Shown here piece by piece: positions 10,048 through 20,302 of a stretch of DNA of 64,000 nt. Location of the stretch: contig JBNGDF010000004.1 in NCBI GenBank assembly GCA_049975265.1, positions 63,872 through 127,871 of the forward strand. Reading direction: 5' to 3'. Both the position numbers and the translations under genes were made by a program. Position 1 is the first letter of the stretch, and each line of letters starts with the position of its first letter. The DNA is from Fidelibacterota bacterium. Lineage in GTDB: Bacteria > Fidelibacterota > UBA2242. The notes beneath the pieces are model-generated. The model saw only the letters and a program-made list of their open reading frames with translations, did no database searches and was not told the DNA's origin.

Positions 10048-11097
10048 ATGATTGAGGAAATTAGGGAAAAGTTGGGCGAGGAATCCGAGGCTCTTTTGGA
10101 TTACCAGTGCACGGGGATCAAAAAGGAAGCGCTGCATCTGCCGGGGCCCGATTTTGTGGATCGGATCATGTCTCATACCGACAGGTCGCCGACCGTATTG
10201 CGAAATCTGCAGTTGATATTCAACACAGGGCGTCTGGCCGGGAGTGGTTATTTATCGGTGTTGCCGGTGGATCAGGGGGTCGAACATTCGGCGGGAGCCT
10301 CATTTGCCCCCAATCCCATATATTTCGATCCGGAAAATATTGTCAAATTAGCGCTTGAAGGTGGCTGTAATGCGGTGGCATCCACACTGGGTGTTTTGGG
10401 TTCGGTTGCCCGTAAATATGCGCATAAAATTCCGTTTATTGTAGAGCTGAATCACAATGAGCTGTTGACCTATCCCAATATCCACGATCAGACCCTGTTT
10501 GCCGGTGTCGGACAGGCTTTTGATCTGGGCGCGGTGGCTGTTGGGGCTACGATCTATTTTGGTTCCAGTGAATCGCGCCGGCAAATCCAGGAGATAAGCG
10601 AAGCATTCGCGTATGCGCACGAACTCGGTATGGTTACCGTATTATGGTGCTATCTTAGAAATGCCGCTTTTAACGCTGACCAGGATTATCATCTGGCTGC
10701 AGATTTGACGGGACAGGCAAACCATCTGGGAGCTACTATTGAAGCCGATATTATCAAACAGAAACAGCCCCAGAATAACGCCGGCTATCGGGTTCTGAAA
10801 TTCGGTAAAACACATGATGCCGTATATACCCGACTGACGTCGGAGCATCCCATCGATTTGACCCGTTATCAGGTGGCGAATTGTTATATGGGGCGTGTGG
10901 GCTTGATAAATTCAGGCGGCGCCTCCGGAGCCGATGATTTTGCTGATGTGACCCGAACGGCAGTCATTAACAAACGTGCCGGTGGAATGGGTTTAATAAC
11001 CGGTCGCAAAGCCTTTCAGCGTCCCATGGCAGAAGGTGTGAAATTGCTGAATATGGTGCAGGATGTGTACCTGACGCGAGAGGTAACCATTGCGTGA
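10048..11097 (+). CDS. fbaB: Class I fructose-bisphosphate aldolase (DhnA/FbaB)
   Basis: [43 protein letters not shown]. Confidence 0.92.
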   Translation: MIEEIREKLGEESEALLDYQCTGIKKEALHLPGPDFVDRIMSHTDRSPTVLRNLQLIFNTGRLAGSGYLSVLPVDQGVEHSAGASFAPNPIYFDPENIVKLALEGGCNAVASTLGVLGSVARKYAHKIPFIVELNHNELLTYPNIHDQTLFAGVGQAFDLGAVAVGATIYFGSSESRRQIQEISEAFAYAHELGMVTVLWCYLRNAAFNADQDYHLAADLTGQANHLGATIEADIIKQKQPQNNAGYRVLKFGKTHDAVYTRLTSEHPIDLTRYQVANCYMGRVGLINSGGASGADDFADVTRTAVINKRAGGMGLITGRKAFQRPMAEGVKLLNMVQDVYLTREVTIA

Positions 11098-11851
11098 GAA
11101 AAGGAATTTAAAAATTGGTATCAGCTGGTTGGACGAATTGTTACCGGAAGGAATTCCGGTACCCTCGTCGACTCTGATCAGCGGACCCGGAGGTACCGGG
11201 AAGCCGCTGGTGGAATTTGCCTTTGTCGCTGCCTGGCTCAAATCGGGCGGTTCGCTCATTGCCATTCCGCTACAATATCCGACACCGGAATTGATGCGGA
11301 CGGCTATGAAGAAACTCTATAATGTTGATTTCAACGATTATCCGGATAAGGTCGTTTTTATCCAATTTGATCCCGGTGTTGATCGATATCGGAAGTTGGG
11401 TAAAAATACGTTGCAGGCGAACATGATCAAGCCCGATGTGTGGGACGAAGCCCTCCAGGTAGCCGAAAAGATGCTTCCGAAAAATGAGCTGGGTATCATG
11501 GTCTTTGGATCGGCTCTTAATCTGCTTCTGTTTTCTCATCGGTATGAGGGAGCGATTTTGGATAAATTAAAGGGGATCATTGCTAGCGATACGAGTAAAA
11601 CCTACGCTTTTGCTGTCAGTACCAGTGCTTTTGCGGATCGGATCAAATTACTCGAAGATGCTGCCGATAATTTAATGTTTACCCGGGTCGAACAGCCAAT
11701 GCGTCTCTTTTTCAAGATCGTCCGAATGAAGGGGGCTCCCTTTTCAGAAAAGGAAATAGAAGTACCGATTTCACAAAAGATGCTTGAGGAAATCAGGCAG
11801 GTGGCAGAGGAAACCAGAAAAAGAAGGATACCGGAAATCCGAAATGTCTAA
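11090..11851 (+). CDS. RecA/KaiC/RAD55-superfamily single-domain ATPase-like protein
   Basis: [27 protein letters not shown] (variant Walker A). Confidence 0.65.
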   Translation: MREKRNLKIGISWLDELLPEGIPVPSSTLISGPGGTGKPLVEFAFVAAWLKSGGSLIAIPLQYPTPELMRTAMKKLYNVDFNDYPDKVVFIQFDPGVDRYRKLGKNTLQANMIKPDVWDEALQVAEKMLPKNELGIMVFGSALNLLLFSHRYEGAILDKLKGIIASDTSKTYAFAVSTSAFADRIKLLEDAADNLMFTRVEQPMRLFFKIVRMKGAPFSEKEIEVPISQKMLEEIRQVAEETRKRRIPEIRNV

Positions 11852-11871
11852 TCGGTTGACGGGGAAATAGG

Positions 11872-13119
11872 ATGGTTTTCGGTAAAGGATTGAAAGATGG
11901 ATATCTTTCTGAAGAAGTAATTAATGCCCTGATAAAAAAGGCTTTTCAGAAAACCGATTTCTCCGGTAAAAAGGTGTTAATCATTATCCCGGATCATACC
12001 AGAACGGCGCCAATTGACCTGTTTTTTAAAGCGATTTTCAATGAGATTGGTAGCGTCACCCGGAAACTTGATTATATCATTGCTCTCGGAACTCACAGGG
12101 CTTTGAGTGACGAGGAAATTTACCGGCGAGTCGGGATCACAGGAGACGAGAGAAAAAGTATTTATCAATCTGTTACGTTTTACAATCACCAATGGGATAA
12201 TCCTGATTCATTAAAAACTATCGGTAGAATATCTTCTGATGAGATCAAAGAGATCACCAATGGAATACTGGAAGAGAGTGTTCAGGTTACAATTAATAAA
12301 GTTATTTTCGAATATGACCAGCTGTTGGTGATTGGTCCTGTTTTTCCCCATGAAGTCGTCGGCTTTTCGGGAGGCAATAAATATTTTTTCCCGGGAATTT
12401 CGGGTCCGGAGTTGACCAACCTTTTCCATTGGTTAGGAGCATTGATAACGAATCTAAGGATTATTGGTATTAAAAACACGCTGGTTCGGGATGTTCTGGA
12501 TCGGGCGGCTCAGTTTATCGATGTGCCCAGACTCTGTTTCAGCCTGGTAGTGAGAGGCGAAAAACTCAGTGGACTTTATTTCGGTTCACCGGAGGAATCC
12601 TGGTCCAGGGCGGCGGATTTATCTTCCCATGTGAATATCGTTTATAGAAAGAGGCGCTTTCAGAACGTATTGAGCATGCCTTCCGAAATGTACGATGATC
12701 TCTGGACAGCAGCCAAGGCGATGTATAAACTGGAACCTGTGGTTGCGGAAGGAGGCACTCTGATTATTTACGCTCCTTGGATTAAAGAGGTCTCCTATAC
12801 CCACGGTCGTCTCATTGATAAGGTCGGCTATCATGTGAGAGATTTTTTCCTAAAGCAGCCGGGAGAATACGATCAGGTGCCGGGCATCATCAAAGCTCAC
12901 TCGACGCATGTCAAGGGGGCTGGAACTTATGAGAATAGGGTTGAGAAACCGCGCATCAACGTGATTCTCGCAACGGGTATTCCTGAAGAAAGATGTCACA
13001 GAATTAATGTCGGTTATGTGAATCCCGACAGTATAAATATTTCCGATTGGATGAAACGTGAGGATCAGGGGATTCTTTTTGTGCAAAATGCCGGGGAGGT
13101 TCTCTATCGTTTTCAATAA
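11872..13119 (+). CDS. Lactate racemase (LarA/DUF2088) family protein
   Basis: IIPDHTRT, IALGTHR, PHEVVGFSGGNK. Confidence 0.85.
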   Translation: MVFGKGLKDGYLSEEVINALIKKAFQKTDFSGKKVLIIIPDHTRTAPIDLFFKAIFNEIGSVTRKLDYIIALGTHRALSDEEIYRRVGITGDERKSIYQSVTFYNHQWDNPDSLKTIGRISSDEIKEITNGILEESVQVTINKVIFEYDQLLVIGPVFPHEVVGFSGGNKYFFPGISGPELTNLFHWLGALITNLRIIGIKNTLVRDVLDRAAQFIDVPRLCFSLVVRGEKLSGLYFGSPEESWSRAADLSSHVNIVYRKRRFQNVLSMPSEMYDDLWTAAKAMYKLEPVVAEGGTLIIYAPWIKEVSYTHGRLIDKVGYHVRDFFLKQPGEYDQVPGIIKAHSTHVKGAGTYENRVEKPRINVILATGIPEERCHRINVGYVNPDSINISDWMKREDQGILFVQNAGEVLYRFQ

Positions 13120-13171
13120 CCATAACCATTCGATAAAGATGCCGGGGAAATTTTTATAACAAAGGTTTATT

Positions 13172-13639
13172 ATGCGGAGTAAATACGAACTAAAAATTTA
13201 TCCCGATAGAGTTTTGAGACAAACAGCCCGGTCTGTCCCGAATATTGACACCGAAATTCACGAACTTGTCCGGGAAATGGAACATATTATGTACAAACAC
13301 GAAGGTATCGGTCTGGCGGCGCCGCAGGTGGGAATTTTAAAACGAATTTTTATCGCTGATATCGGAGACGGACTATTTGCCCTGGTGAATCCGTTAATAA
13401 CCGATACCGATGGACAGGATAATCTGGTCGAGGGTTGTCTGAGTTTACCGGGGATTGGGGTGGATATTCGCCGTCACCAAAAAGTAGCCGTTACCGGTGT
13501 GAATCTCGAGGGCGAGGAGACACGATTGGAATTGAGCGGACTCCTGGCAAGAGTTGCGCAGCACGAAATCGATCACCTGAATGGTGTTTTGATTATTGAT
13601 TATCAGGAAAAAACTGTGCCGGACAAACAGAAAGGTTAG
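13172..13639 (+). CDS. def: Peptide deformylase
   Basis: GIGLAAPQVG, EGCLS, QHEIDHLNG. Confidence 0.95.
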   Translation: MRSKYELKIYPDRVLRQTARSVPNIDTEIHELVREMEHIMYKHEGIGLAAPQVGILKRIFIADIGDGLFALVNPLITDTDGQDNLVEGCLSLPGIGVDIRRHQKVAVTGVNLEGEETRLELSGLLARVAQHEIDHLNGVLIIDYQEKTVPDKQKG

Positions 13640-13645
13640 GAAAAG

Positions 13646-14485
13646 GTGTCCATTGTACCAGAACAGAATCCGCATATCGAAATAAGCGCAGCGGTTGCCG
13701 ATATTATTAGAAAATGGTTTTCCGGGTATGTCGCCGGTTTTAAAGAGGAAGGTGAAGAGCTACGGCAAAATATTGTCCTTAAAGAGGAGCATACCGGGCG
13801 GGTGTGCCGGGAGATTTTACAAATTGGAAAACAGCTTGATCTCAATGACGATGAACTGCGTTTGGCTGAAATCACTGCGCTTCTCCACGATGTCGGTCGC
13901 TTTGAGCAATATGCCCGTTATCATACATTTGTTGATAAGAAATCCGAGGATCATGCTGAACTCGGCATAAAAATATTGCGTAAATACGGTATTCTTGATC
14001 AATTCAATGAATTCACCAGAAATCTCATTTATCGGACAATTCGCTATCATAATCAGGCTTCACTGCCGCAGCATGAAACAGAAGAATGTCTCCTTTTCAC
14101 GAAATTGCTGCGGGATGTGGATAAGCTGGATATCTGGAAAGTGGTAAGCGATTATTATCATCGCAAAGATGGCGGACGCAATGGCGCGCTGGAACTCGAC
14201 CTGCCCGACACACCCGAAATTTCGGAACAGGTGTATCGGGACCTGGTCAATCAAAGGATTGTCGATGTCAAGCATATCCGCAATCTGAATGATTTTAAGC
14301 TGTTGCAAATGGGCTGGATTTTTGATGTCAATTTCAGCCCCACTTTACGCTCTGTGAAATCCAGAGGCTATCTGGAGAGGATCCGGGATGTTCTACCGAA
14401 TACAGAAAAGATCCGGACTGTTTATAATGTGGTCCAAGCCTACCTCGATCATCGGTTGAGTGAGATACAAGAGGAAGTGGTTTGA
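13646..14485 (+). CDS. HD-domain phosphohydrolase
   Basis: H...LLHDVGRFEQ...DHA...HN...RDVDKLD. Confidence 0.85.
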   Translation: MSIVPEQNPHIEISAAVADIIRKWFSGYVAGFKEEGEELRQNIVLKEEHTGRVCREILQIGKQLDLNDDELRLAEITALLHDVGRFEQYARYHTFVDKKSEDHAELGIKILRKYGILDQFNEFTRNLIYRTIRYHNQASLPQHETEECLLFTKLLRDVDKLDIWKVVSDYYHRKDGGRNGALELDLPDTPEISEQVYRDLVNQRIVDVKHIRNLNDFKLLQMGWIFDVNFSPTLRSVKSRGYLERIRDVLPNTEKIRTVYNVVQAYLDHRLSEIQEEVV

Positions 14486-15282
14486 AAAATACCAAGAAGC
14501 AAAAATTGATGGATAATCTCAATCGGCAGGTCCGATCCTGTACAAACTGCCGTCTGTCTGAAACCCGGGATCATGTTCTCGTTGGCGAAGGAGACCTGAA
14601 TGTACGTCTGATGCTGATTGCGCTCTCTCCGGGTGAAAATGAAAACCGGGAAAACCGGATGTTCATCGGTCCTTCGGGTCAGGTTCTGGGTAGACTTTTA
14701 GATAGTGCCGGCATTGCCCGGAATTTTATCTATATGACCAATCTGATCAAGTGCATGTTGCCGAAGAACCGCAATCCCAAAATGAGTGAGATTGAGAGCT
14801 GTAGCCGGTATCTGGATGAGGAAATCACAATTATTACACCTGAGGTACTCGTGCCACTGGGCTATTATGCAACATGCTATATTTTAGCGAAATATCATGC
14901 CGATCCACCACCAGCCCGGGAGGATTATGCTCAAATCTATGGTAAATTAATTTTTACAGATAATCAGAAATTATATCCATTGCCCCATCCGGCTTCTTTA
15001 CTTTATCACCCGGCTTTTGAAAAACAAACATCTAAATTATATCAAAAATTGAAAATTCTTGACCGCGATTGTAAATGGTTTCCGGTCTGTCCGATGAAAC
15101 GATTTTATGAAGAGGGTCAGATTGAGAAAAAATGGATTGAGTTATACTGTCAGGGTGATTGGCAAAGCTGTGTTCGTTATGAATTGGAGGAGCGTGGAAA
15201 ATATCATCCGGATTGGATGTTGCCTGACGGTACCATTAGTGAAAAGTTGAACCCGCATGTGAACAGGAGAAACCAGCGATGA
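14482..15282 (+). CDS. Family-4-type uracil-DNA glycosylase with Cys-rich C-terminal domain
   Basis: CTNCRL, FIGPSG, TNLIKC, HPASLL; tail CKWFPVCP...YCQGDWQSCVRY...MLPDG. Confidence 0.8.
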   Translation: MKNTKKQKLMDNLNRQVRSCTNCRLSETRDHVLVGEGDLNVRLMLIALSPGENENRENRMFIGPSGQVLGRLLDSAGIARNFIYMTNLIKCMLPKNRNPKMSEIESCSRYLDEEITIITPEVLVPLGYYATCYILAKYHADPPPAREDYAQIYGKLIFTDNQKLYPLPHPASLLYHPAFEKQTSKLYQKLKILDRDCKWFPVCPMKRFYEEGQIEKKWIELYCQGDWQSCVRYELEERGKYHPDWMLPDGTISEKLNPHVNRRNQR

Positions 15283-16145
15283 AAATTGCCATCGCCAGTG
15301 GTAAAGGTGGTACCGGTAAGACGACACTTGCCACCAATCTGGCTAGCCGTATGGCTGAACAGGAACCGGTCGTTTTAGCCGATCTCGATGTGGAGGAGCC
15401 CAATTCAGGGCTGTTTATTCATGGCGAGCCGACCCACCAGGAAGATAAATATAAAATGGTACCACAGTGGAAACCGGACACTTGTATTCTCTGCGGCGAA
15501 TGTCAGAAGGTATGTAATTTTCATGCGGTGGTTCAGCTGGCAGATGAAATTATGATCTTCCCGCAACTCTGCCATAGCTGCTTTGCCTGTTCGGAATTGT
15601 GTCCTACGGATTCCTTGCCTATGATTCCCGAGAAAATGGGGGAACTCCGGGAATTCCGATTGGGCAATCTGACATTTATCGAAAGCAGGCTGGATATCGG
15701 TCAGGAGCAGGCGGTGCCGCTGATTGCACAGACATTACGCTATGTAGACTCAAAATATCCCGATACGAATAGTAAGATTTACGATTCGCCGCCGGGAACC
15801 TCCTGTCCTGTGATCGAAGCCACAAAAAACGCCGATTTGATTTTGCTGGTGACCGAGCCGACACTTTTTGGATTACACGATCTGAAGCTGGCGGTAGAAA
15901 CCATGCGGAAACTGAAGAAACCCTTTGCGGTCATTGTAAACCGTTTCGGCATCGGCAACGATGCGGTGCTTGACTATTGCCAGGCGGAAAATATCCATGT
16001 AATCGCCAAAATTCCCAATCGCAGGGAGATCGCCATACTGTACAGCCGGGGAGAGCTGATTTATCCGATCGTACCAGAATTTCAAGCAGAGCTGGACAAA
16101 GTAATCGCCTTTATTCGCAACATGGGAACGGAGGCGAGCCGATGA
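15279..16145 (+). CDS. MinD-superfamily P-loop ATPase with inserted 2x[4Fe-4S] domain
   Basis: ASGKGGTGKTT, DLDVEEPN, CILCGECQKVC, CHSCFACSELCP, DSPPGTSCP. Confidence 0.9.
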   Translation: MKIAIASGKGGTGKTTLATNLASRMAEQEPVVLADLDVEEPNSGLFIHGEPTHQEDKYKMVPQWKPDTCILCGECQKVCNFHAVVQLADEIMIFPQLCHSCFACSELCPTDSLPMIPEKMGELREFRLGNLTFIESRLDIGQEQAVPLIAQTLRYVDSKYPDTNSKIYDSPPGTSCPVIEATKNADLILLVTEPTLFGLHDLKLAVETMRKLKKPFAVIVNRFGIGNDAVLDYCQAENIHVIAKIPNRREIAILYSRGELIYPIVPEFQAELDKVIAFIRNMGTEASR

Positions 16146-17017
16146 AAGAGATCGTTGTCATTTCCGGGAAAGGCGGTACAGGAAAAACATCTTTAACGGC
16201 TTCGTTTGCCGTGTTGGGTGGTCGCGACCTCATTGTTGCTGACTGTGATGTGGATGCCGCGGATATGCATCTGCTTCTGGAGCCGGATTTTAAATTTGCC
16301 GGAGATTTTTACAGCGGTGTCCTGGCGAAGATTGATCAGGATGCCTGTATTCAGTGTGGGAAATGCGCGGATGTCTGTCGGTTCGATGCCATTCCGGTCA
16401 TTGACGGCAGATATATCGTTCAGCCGCTGGATTGCGAGGGCTGTGGTTATTGCGCCCGGATTTGTCCGACGGAAGCCATTGTCATGGAAGAACAGAATGT
16501 CGGCGACTGGTATATCTCCAACATCAAGACCGGCAGTTTTATGGTGCATGCCAGACTGGGTATTGGTGCGGAGAACTCCGGTAAACTGGTAGCAAAGGTA
16601 AAAAACGAAGCTAAACGCATTGCTACAGAAAAGGGAAAAGAGATAGTTTTGGTGGATGGTTCACCGGGAATCGGCTGTCCGGTGGTTTCATCGCTGTCGG
16701 GTGCCGATTTTGTCGTTTTGGTCACCGAACCGACGGTTTCCGGCTTACACGATCTGGAAAGGGTATTTCAATTGGTCAATAAGTTTGGAATCTCCGCCGG
16801 TTGCATTATTAATAAAGCCGACCTGAATCCCGATGTGACGCAAAGGATTCGGGATTTTATTCAAATAAATGGGATCGCCCCGATTGCGGAATTGCCGTAT
16901 GATGAAGCCTTTACCGCCGCTATGACGCAGGGGCAGACCATTATTGAATACAGCAAGGGAGAATTACAGCAGGCTGTCCGACAAAGCTGGACCAGGATTC
17001 AATCATTTGGAAAATAA
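16142..17017 (+). CDS. Second MinD-superfamily 4Fe-4S ATPase (paralog)
   Basis: Start moved to ATG 16142 (GGAGG RBS, ATGA overlap); SGKGGTGKTS, DCDVDAAD, two ferredoxin motifs, DGSPGIGCP. Confidence 0.9.
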   Translation: MKEIVVISGKGGTGKTSLTASFAVLGGRDLIVADCDVDAADMHLLLEPDFKFAGDFYSGVLAKIDQDACIQCGKCADVCRFDAIPVIDGRYIVQPLDCEGCGYCARICPTEAIVMEEQNVGDWYISNIKTGSFMVHARLGIGAENSGKLVAKVKNEAKRIATEKGKEIVLVDGSPGIGCPVVSSLSGADFVVLVTEPTVSGLHDLERVFQLVNKFGISAGCIINKADLNPDVTQRIRDFIQINGIAPIAELPYDEAFTAAMTQGQTIIEYSKGELQQAVRQSWTRIQSFGK

Positions 17018-17035
17018 AAACAGAAAGGAAACGCG

Positions 17036-17374
17036 ATGAAAATCGTATTTACGAGCAGAGGAACAACATGGGACTCTCCCATGGACCCCCGATTTGGTCG
17101 AACTGATTATTTCTTTGTGTATAATGAGGAAACGGGGGAGATCACCACACTGGACAACCGGTCGATTGCCGAAACCGCTCACGGCGCCGGTCCGCAGACG
17201 GCTCAAAAGCTGTTTGAACTGCAACCCAGGGTGCTAATTACCGGAAACGGACCGGGCGGTAATGCCGCACGGGTGCTGGCGCAGAGCAATGTTAAAATCT
17301 ACGTAGGTGCCGGCAATTTGAGCGTCAAAGAGGCTTACGATGCCTATAAAAAGGGCGAACTCCGGGAGTTCTGA
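17036..17374 (+). CDS. NifB/NifX (FeMo-cofactor-binding fold) family protein
   Basis: DPRFGR, HGAG, LITGNGPG.NA. Confidence 0.85.
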   Translation: MKIVFTSRGTTWDSPMDPRFGRTDYFFVYNEETGEITTLDNRSIAETAHGAGPQTAQKLFELQPRVLITGNGPGGNAARVLAQSNVKIYVGAGNLSVKEAYDAYKKGELREF

Positions 17375-17412
17375 TACATTGAGATGAACCTTAAACAAAG
17401 AAGAGTGATAAT

Positions 17413-17862
17413 ATGTCAGAAAAGAAAAAGATCGGTATCATTATCTGTGATCGTTACCGGCGCTGTGCCGGCGGGAAATGTTTCCGGGCACTGCGAAACC
17501 GGGAAGGTGCTTTCAGCATCTATGATAAAGATGATTCCGTGGAAGTTGTGGGATATACCACCTGCGATGGCTGTCCCGGCGGAAATATCGAATATGCCGG
17601 TGACGAGATGGTTAAAAATGGTGCCCGGGTGATTCATCTGGCTACCGGTCTGATCGTTGGGTATCCACCCTGCCCCTATATTGAGACATTTAAAACCTTT
17701 CTTGAAAACCGCTATCCTGTAAAGGTGGTGATGGGTACCCATCCGATTCCCCAGAAGTATGTCGATAATCATCGGAAACTGGGTACCTGGCAATCGCCGG
17801 AATGGCAGAAAATCATCGCACCGACCTGGGCGGACGAGCAGACCCGTCTGGCGTACGATTAA
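17413..17862 (+). CDS. CGGC-domain protein
   Basis: IIIC...CAGGKC, CDGCPG, IHLATG, GTH. Confidence 0.85.
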   Translation: MSEKKKIGIIICDRYRRCAGGKCFRALRNREGAFSIYDKDDSVEVVGYTTCDGCPGGNIEYAGDEMVKNGARVIHLATGLIVGYPPCPYIETFKTFLENRYPVKVVMGTHPIPQKYVDNHRKLGTWQSPEWQKIIAPTWADEQTRLAYD

Positions 17863-17892
17863 CCGCACTTGCTGCAAAGAAAGGAAGTAAAT

Positions 17893-18257
17893 ATGAAGAG
17901 TGTACCACAGGAGTTCAGGAAAGCCTGGGAAAAACGCAAGGGACCGGTTGTTTTCACCACGGTGGATCAGCAGCAATTTACGCCAGCTGTGTCTGTAAAT
18001 ATGACGACCAGCGCTTTATGATCGCCGATAACTATTTTGGAAAAACCAGAGAAAATTTTTTTAATGGTACGAAAGGCTCCCTGCTTTTTATTACCGAAGA
18101 TGATACCTCTTATCAGGTAAAGGGCAGAATCGAATATCATCAGAGGGGCGAATACTATGATAATATGAAAAAGTGGAATCCCGAAAATCTTCCAGGGTAT
18201 GCCGTTGCCATTTTGTATATTGAAGAGATTTATTCCGGTTCACGCCGCCTGATCTGA
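17893..18257 (+). pseudogene. Frameshifted pyridoxamine 5'-phosphate oxidase-like FMN-binding protein
   Basis: ATG 17893 reads MKSVPQEFRKAWEKRKGPVVFTTVDQ; continues in another frame as AIYASCV...IADNYFGKTREN...SYQVKG; break near 17970. Confidence 0.75.
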
Positions 18258-18318
18258 TATTAAGCAGTGAGAATAATTAAGACGAATTGTCAGTGACATT
18301 CATGATCCGGGGTTTTTA

Positions 18319-19089
18319 GTGATATTTATTAAAAACAGGCACGAAATAAAGATGATGCGCCGTGCCGGCAAACTGGCTGCCCGGTTGCTGGATTATATCG
18401 CTCCCTTTGTCAAAGAGGGGGTGTCCACTCAATACCTGAACGATCTCTGTGAGACCTATACCAGAAAACAGGGAGCCCGCTCGGCACCGCTGCATTACAA
18501 CAGTTTTCCGAAAAGTATCTGTACCTCTATCAACGATGTCGTCTGCCACGGTATTCCCTCGGAAGCGGACATTCTGAAGAGCGGCGATATTGTCAATATT
18601 GATGTGACGGTCAATCTGGAAGGTTATCATGGGGATACATCCCGGACCTTCCTGATTGGAGATGTGTCGCCGGAGGTCAGAAAACTGGTCGAGCGAACCG
18701 AAAAAGCCCTGATGATCGGAATCAGGGCTGTCAGACCGGGTGGTTACTTCTCGGATATCGGTCTAGCTATCGAACGCTATATCAGCAGATTCAACTATGC
18801 CATCGTCAAAGAGTATGGCGGACACGGTATCGGGAAACGGTTTCACGAAGAGCCGATGGTTTATCATCACTTTACTCTGGAGAACCGGATAAAACTAAAA
18901 AAAGGGATGATCTTTACGATTGAGCCGATGATCATTATGGGCGGTAGCGATGCCGTATTCGTTTCGACGGAGGATAACTGGACCGTCAGGACGGTGGACA
19001 GTTCGCCCAGCGCTCAATTCGAACATACAGTTTTGGTGACTTCGGAAGGCGCCGAAATATTGACGAAAATTCAGGAAGAAGAGGTGTAA
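18319..19089 (+). CDS. map: Methionine aminopeptidase type I
   Basis: SICTSINDVVCHGIP, DIVNIDVT, GDTSRT, GHGIG, EHTVLVT. Confidence 0.95.
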   Translation: MIFIKNRHEIKMMRRAGKLAARLLDYIAPFVKEGVSTQYLNDLCETYTRKQGARSAPLHYNSFPKSICTSINDVVCHGIPSEADILKSGDIVNIDVTVNLEGYHGDTSRTFLIGDVSPEVRKLVERTEKALMIGIRAVRPGGYFSDIGLAIERYISRFNYAIVKEYGGHGIGKRFHEEPMVYHHFTLENRIKLKKGMIFTIEPMIIMGGSDAVFVSTEDNWTVRTVDSSPSAQFEHTVLVTSEGAEILTKIQEEEV

Positions 19090-19092
19090 TAT

Positions 19093-20250
19093 ATGCATAA
19101 CTCAGACCGCGTGACCCGCATCCCGAAATCCGCTATTCATGAGATGACCCGCCTGTTACAGCAGTATCGGGACGTCGCTTTCCTGTCCTGGGCGAAACCT
19201 ACTAGCGGAACGCCGACGCATATCAATAAAGCGGCGATTCGGGCGATAGAGAGGGGCTTGACAGGTGGCTATTCCAGCAGTGATGGGTTACCGGAGTTGC
19301 GGGAGGCGATTGTCCAAAAGCTGAAACGGGACAACGGTATTTCTGCCACCGTCAATAACCTTCTGGTCACTGTTGGTGCTATCGAAGGATTGGCGGCGGC
19401 TGTATTAGCGACGATCGATCCCGGTGATGAGGTGATTTTACCGACACCAACCTATTCTACGCATATTCGGCAGGTGGAATTGGCATCGGGTAAACCAGTT
19501 CTGGTGCCCCTGTTGGAAGAGCAGGATTTTGCGCTGGATATTGCGGGAATTCGGAAGGCGCTTACACCGAAAACCCGGACGATCATGTTGTGCAATCCCA
19601 ACAATCCCACCGGCACGGTCTTTTCGGAAAAGCAGTTGCGGCAGCTGGGTGAGATTGCCCTTGAAGCCGACCTGATTCTTATCATTGACGAAGCCTATGA
19701 ATATTTTGTTTTCGATGGGCACCGCCATTTCAGCCTGGCGTCGGTTCCGGAAGTAAAAGACCGGTTCATCAGTGTTTATACGTTCACTAAAACATATGCC
19801 ATGACCGGTTGGCGGATCGGCTATGTCCTGGCTCCCGAACCGGTAATCTCACAGATAAAGAAGGCTCATATTCCACTGGCGATTTGTGCACCGGTGGTGT
19901 CTCAGGATGCGGCGCTGGCTACTTTGGAGGGTAATCAGAAGTGTATAGCGGATTTCCGGGAGCATTACCGGCGCACTCGGGACCTGATGTGCAAGCGGCT
20001 GGATCGGCTGAGTCATGTGTTTAATTATGTCAAGCCCGGCGGTTCCTATCTGATGTTTCCCACAATTACATTGAAAGGACAGCAGGACTCTTTCACTTTC
20101 TGCAAAAACCTTCTGGATAAGATTCAGGTGTCGGCAACGCCGGGGATAGCTTTCGGACCGACAGGCGAAGCCCATATTCGGCTCTCGTTCTGTGTGAATG
20201 AGGAGATGATTACGAAAGCATTTGACAGAATGGAAAACTACTTTTGTTAA
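19093..20250 (+). CDS. PLP-dependent aminotransferase class I/II
   Basis: NPNNPTG, DEAY, FTKTYAMTGWRIGY. Confidence 0.9.
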   Translation: MHNSDRVTRIPKSAIHEMTRLLQQYRDVAFLSWAKPTSGTPTHINKAAIRAIERGLTGGYSSSDGLPELREAIVQKLKRDNGISATVNNLLVTVGAIEGLAAAVLATIDPGDEVILPTPTYSTHIRQVELASGKPVLVPLLEEQDFALDIAGIRKALTPKTRTIMLCNPNNPTGTVFSEKQLRQLGEIALEADLILIIDEAYEYFVFDGHRHFSLASVPEVKDRFISVYTFTKTYAMTGWRIGYVLAPEPVISQIKKAHIPLAICAPVVSQDAALATLEGNQKCIADFREHYRRTRDLMCKRLDRLSHVFNYVKPGGSYLMFPTITLKGQQDSFTFCKNLLDKIQVSATPGIAFGPTGEAHIRLSFCVNEEMITKAFDRMENYFC

Positions 20251-20302
20251 AAACATTATTGAGTGGTATTTTAGAAATGCACCAAAATCGAGAAAGTGAA
20301 TC

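Noticed and set aside
11090..11851. Circadian KaiC
   Set aside because: Single domain, degenerate Walker motifs, no kaiA or kaiB
15977..16141. N-terminal extension of the second ATPase in the ORF track
   Set aside because: Overlaps the previous gene; RBS and family start are at 16142
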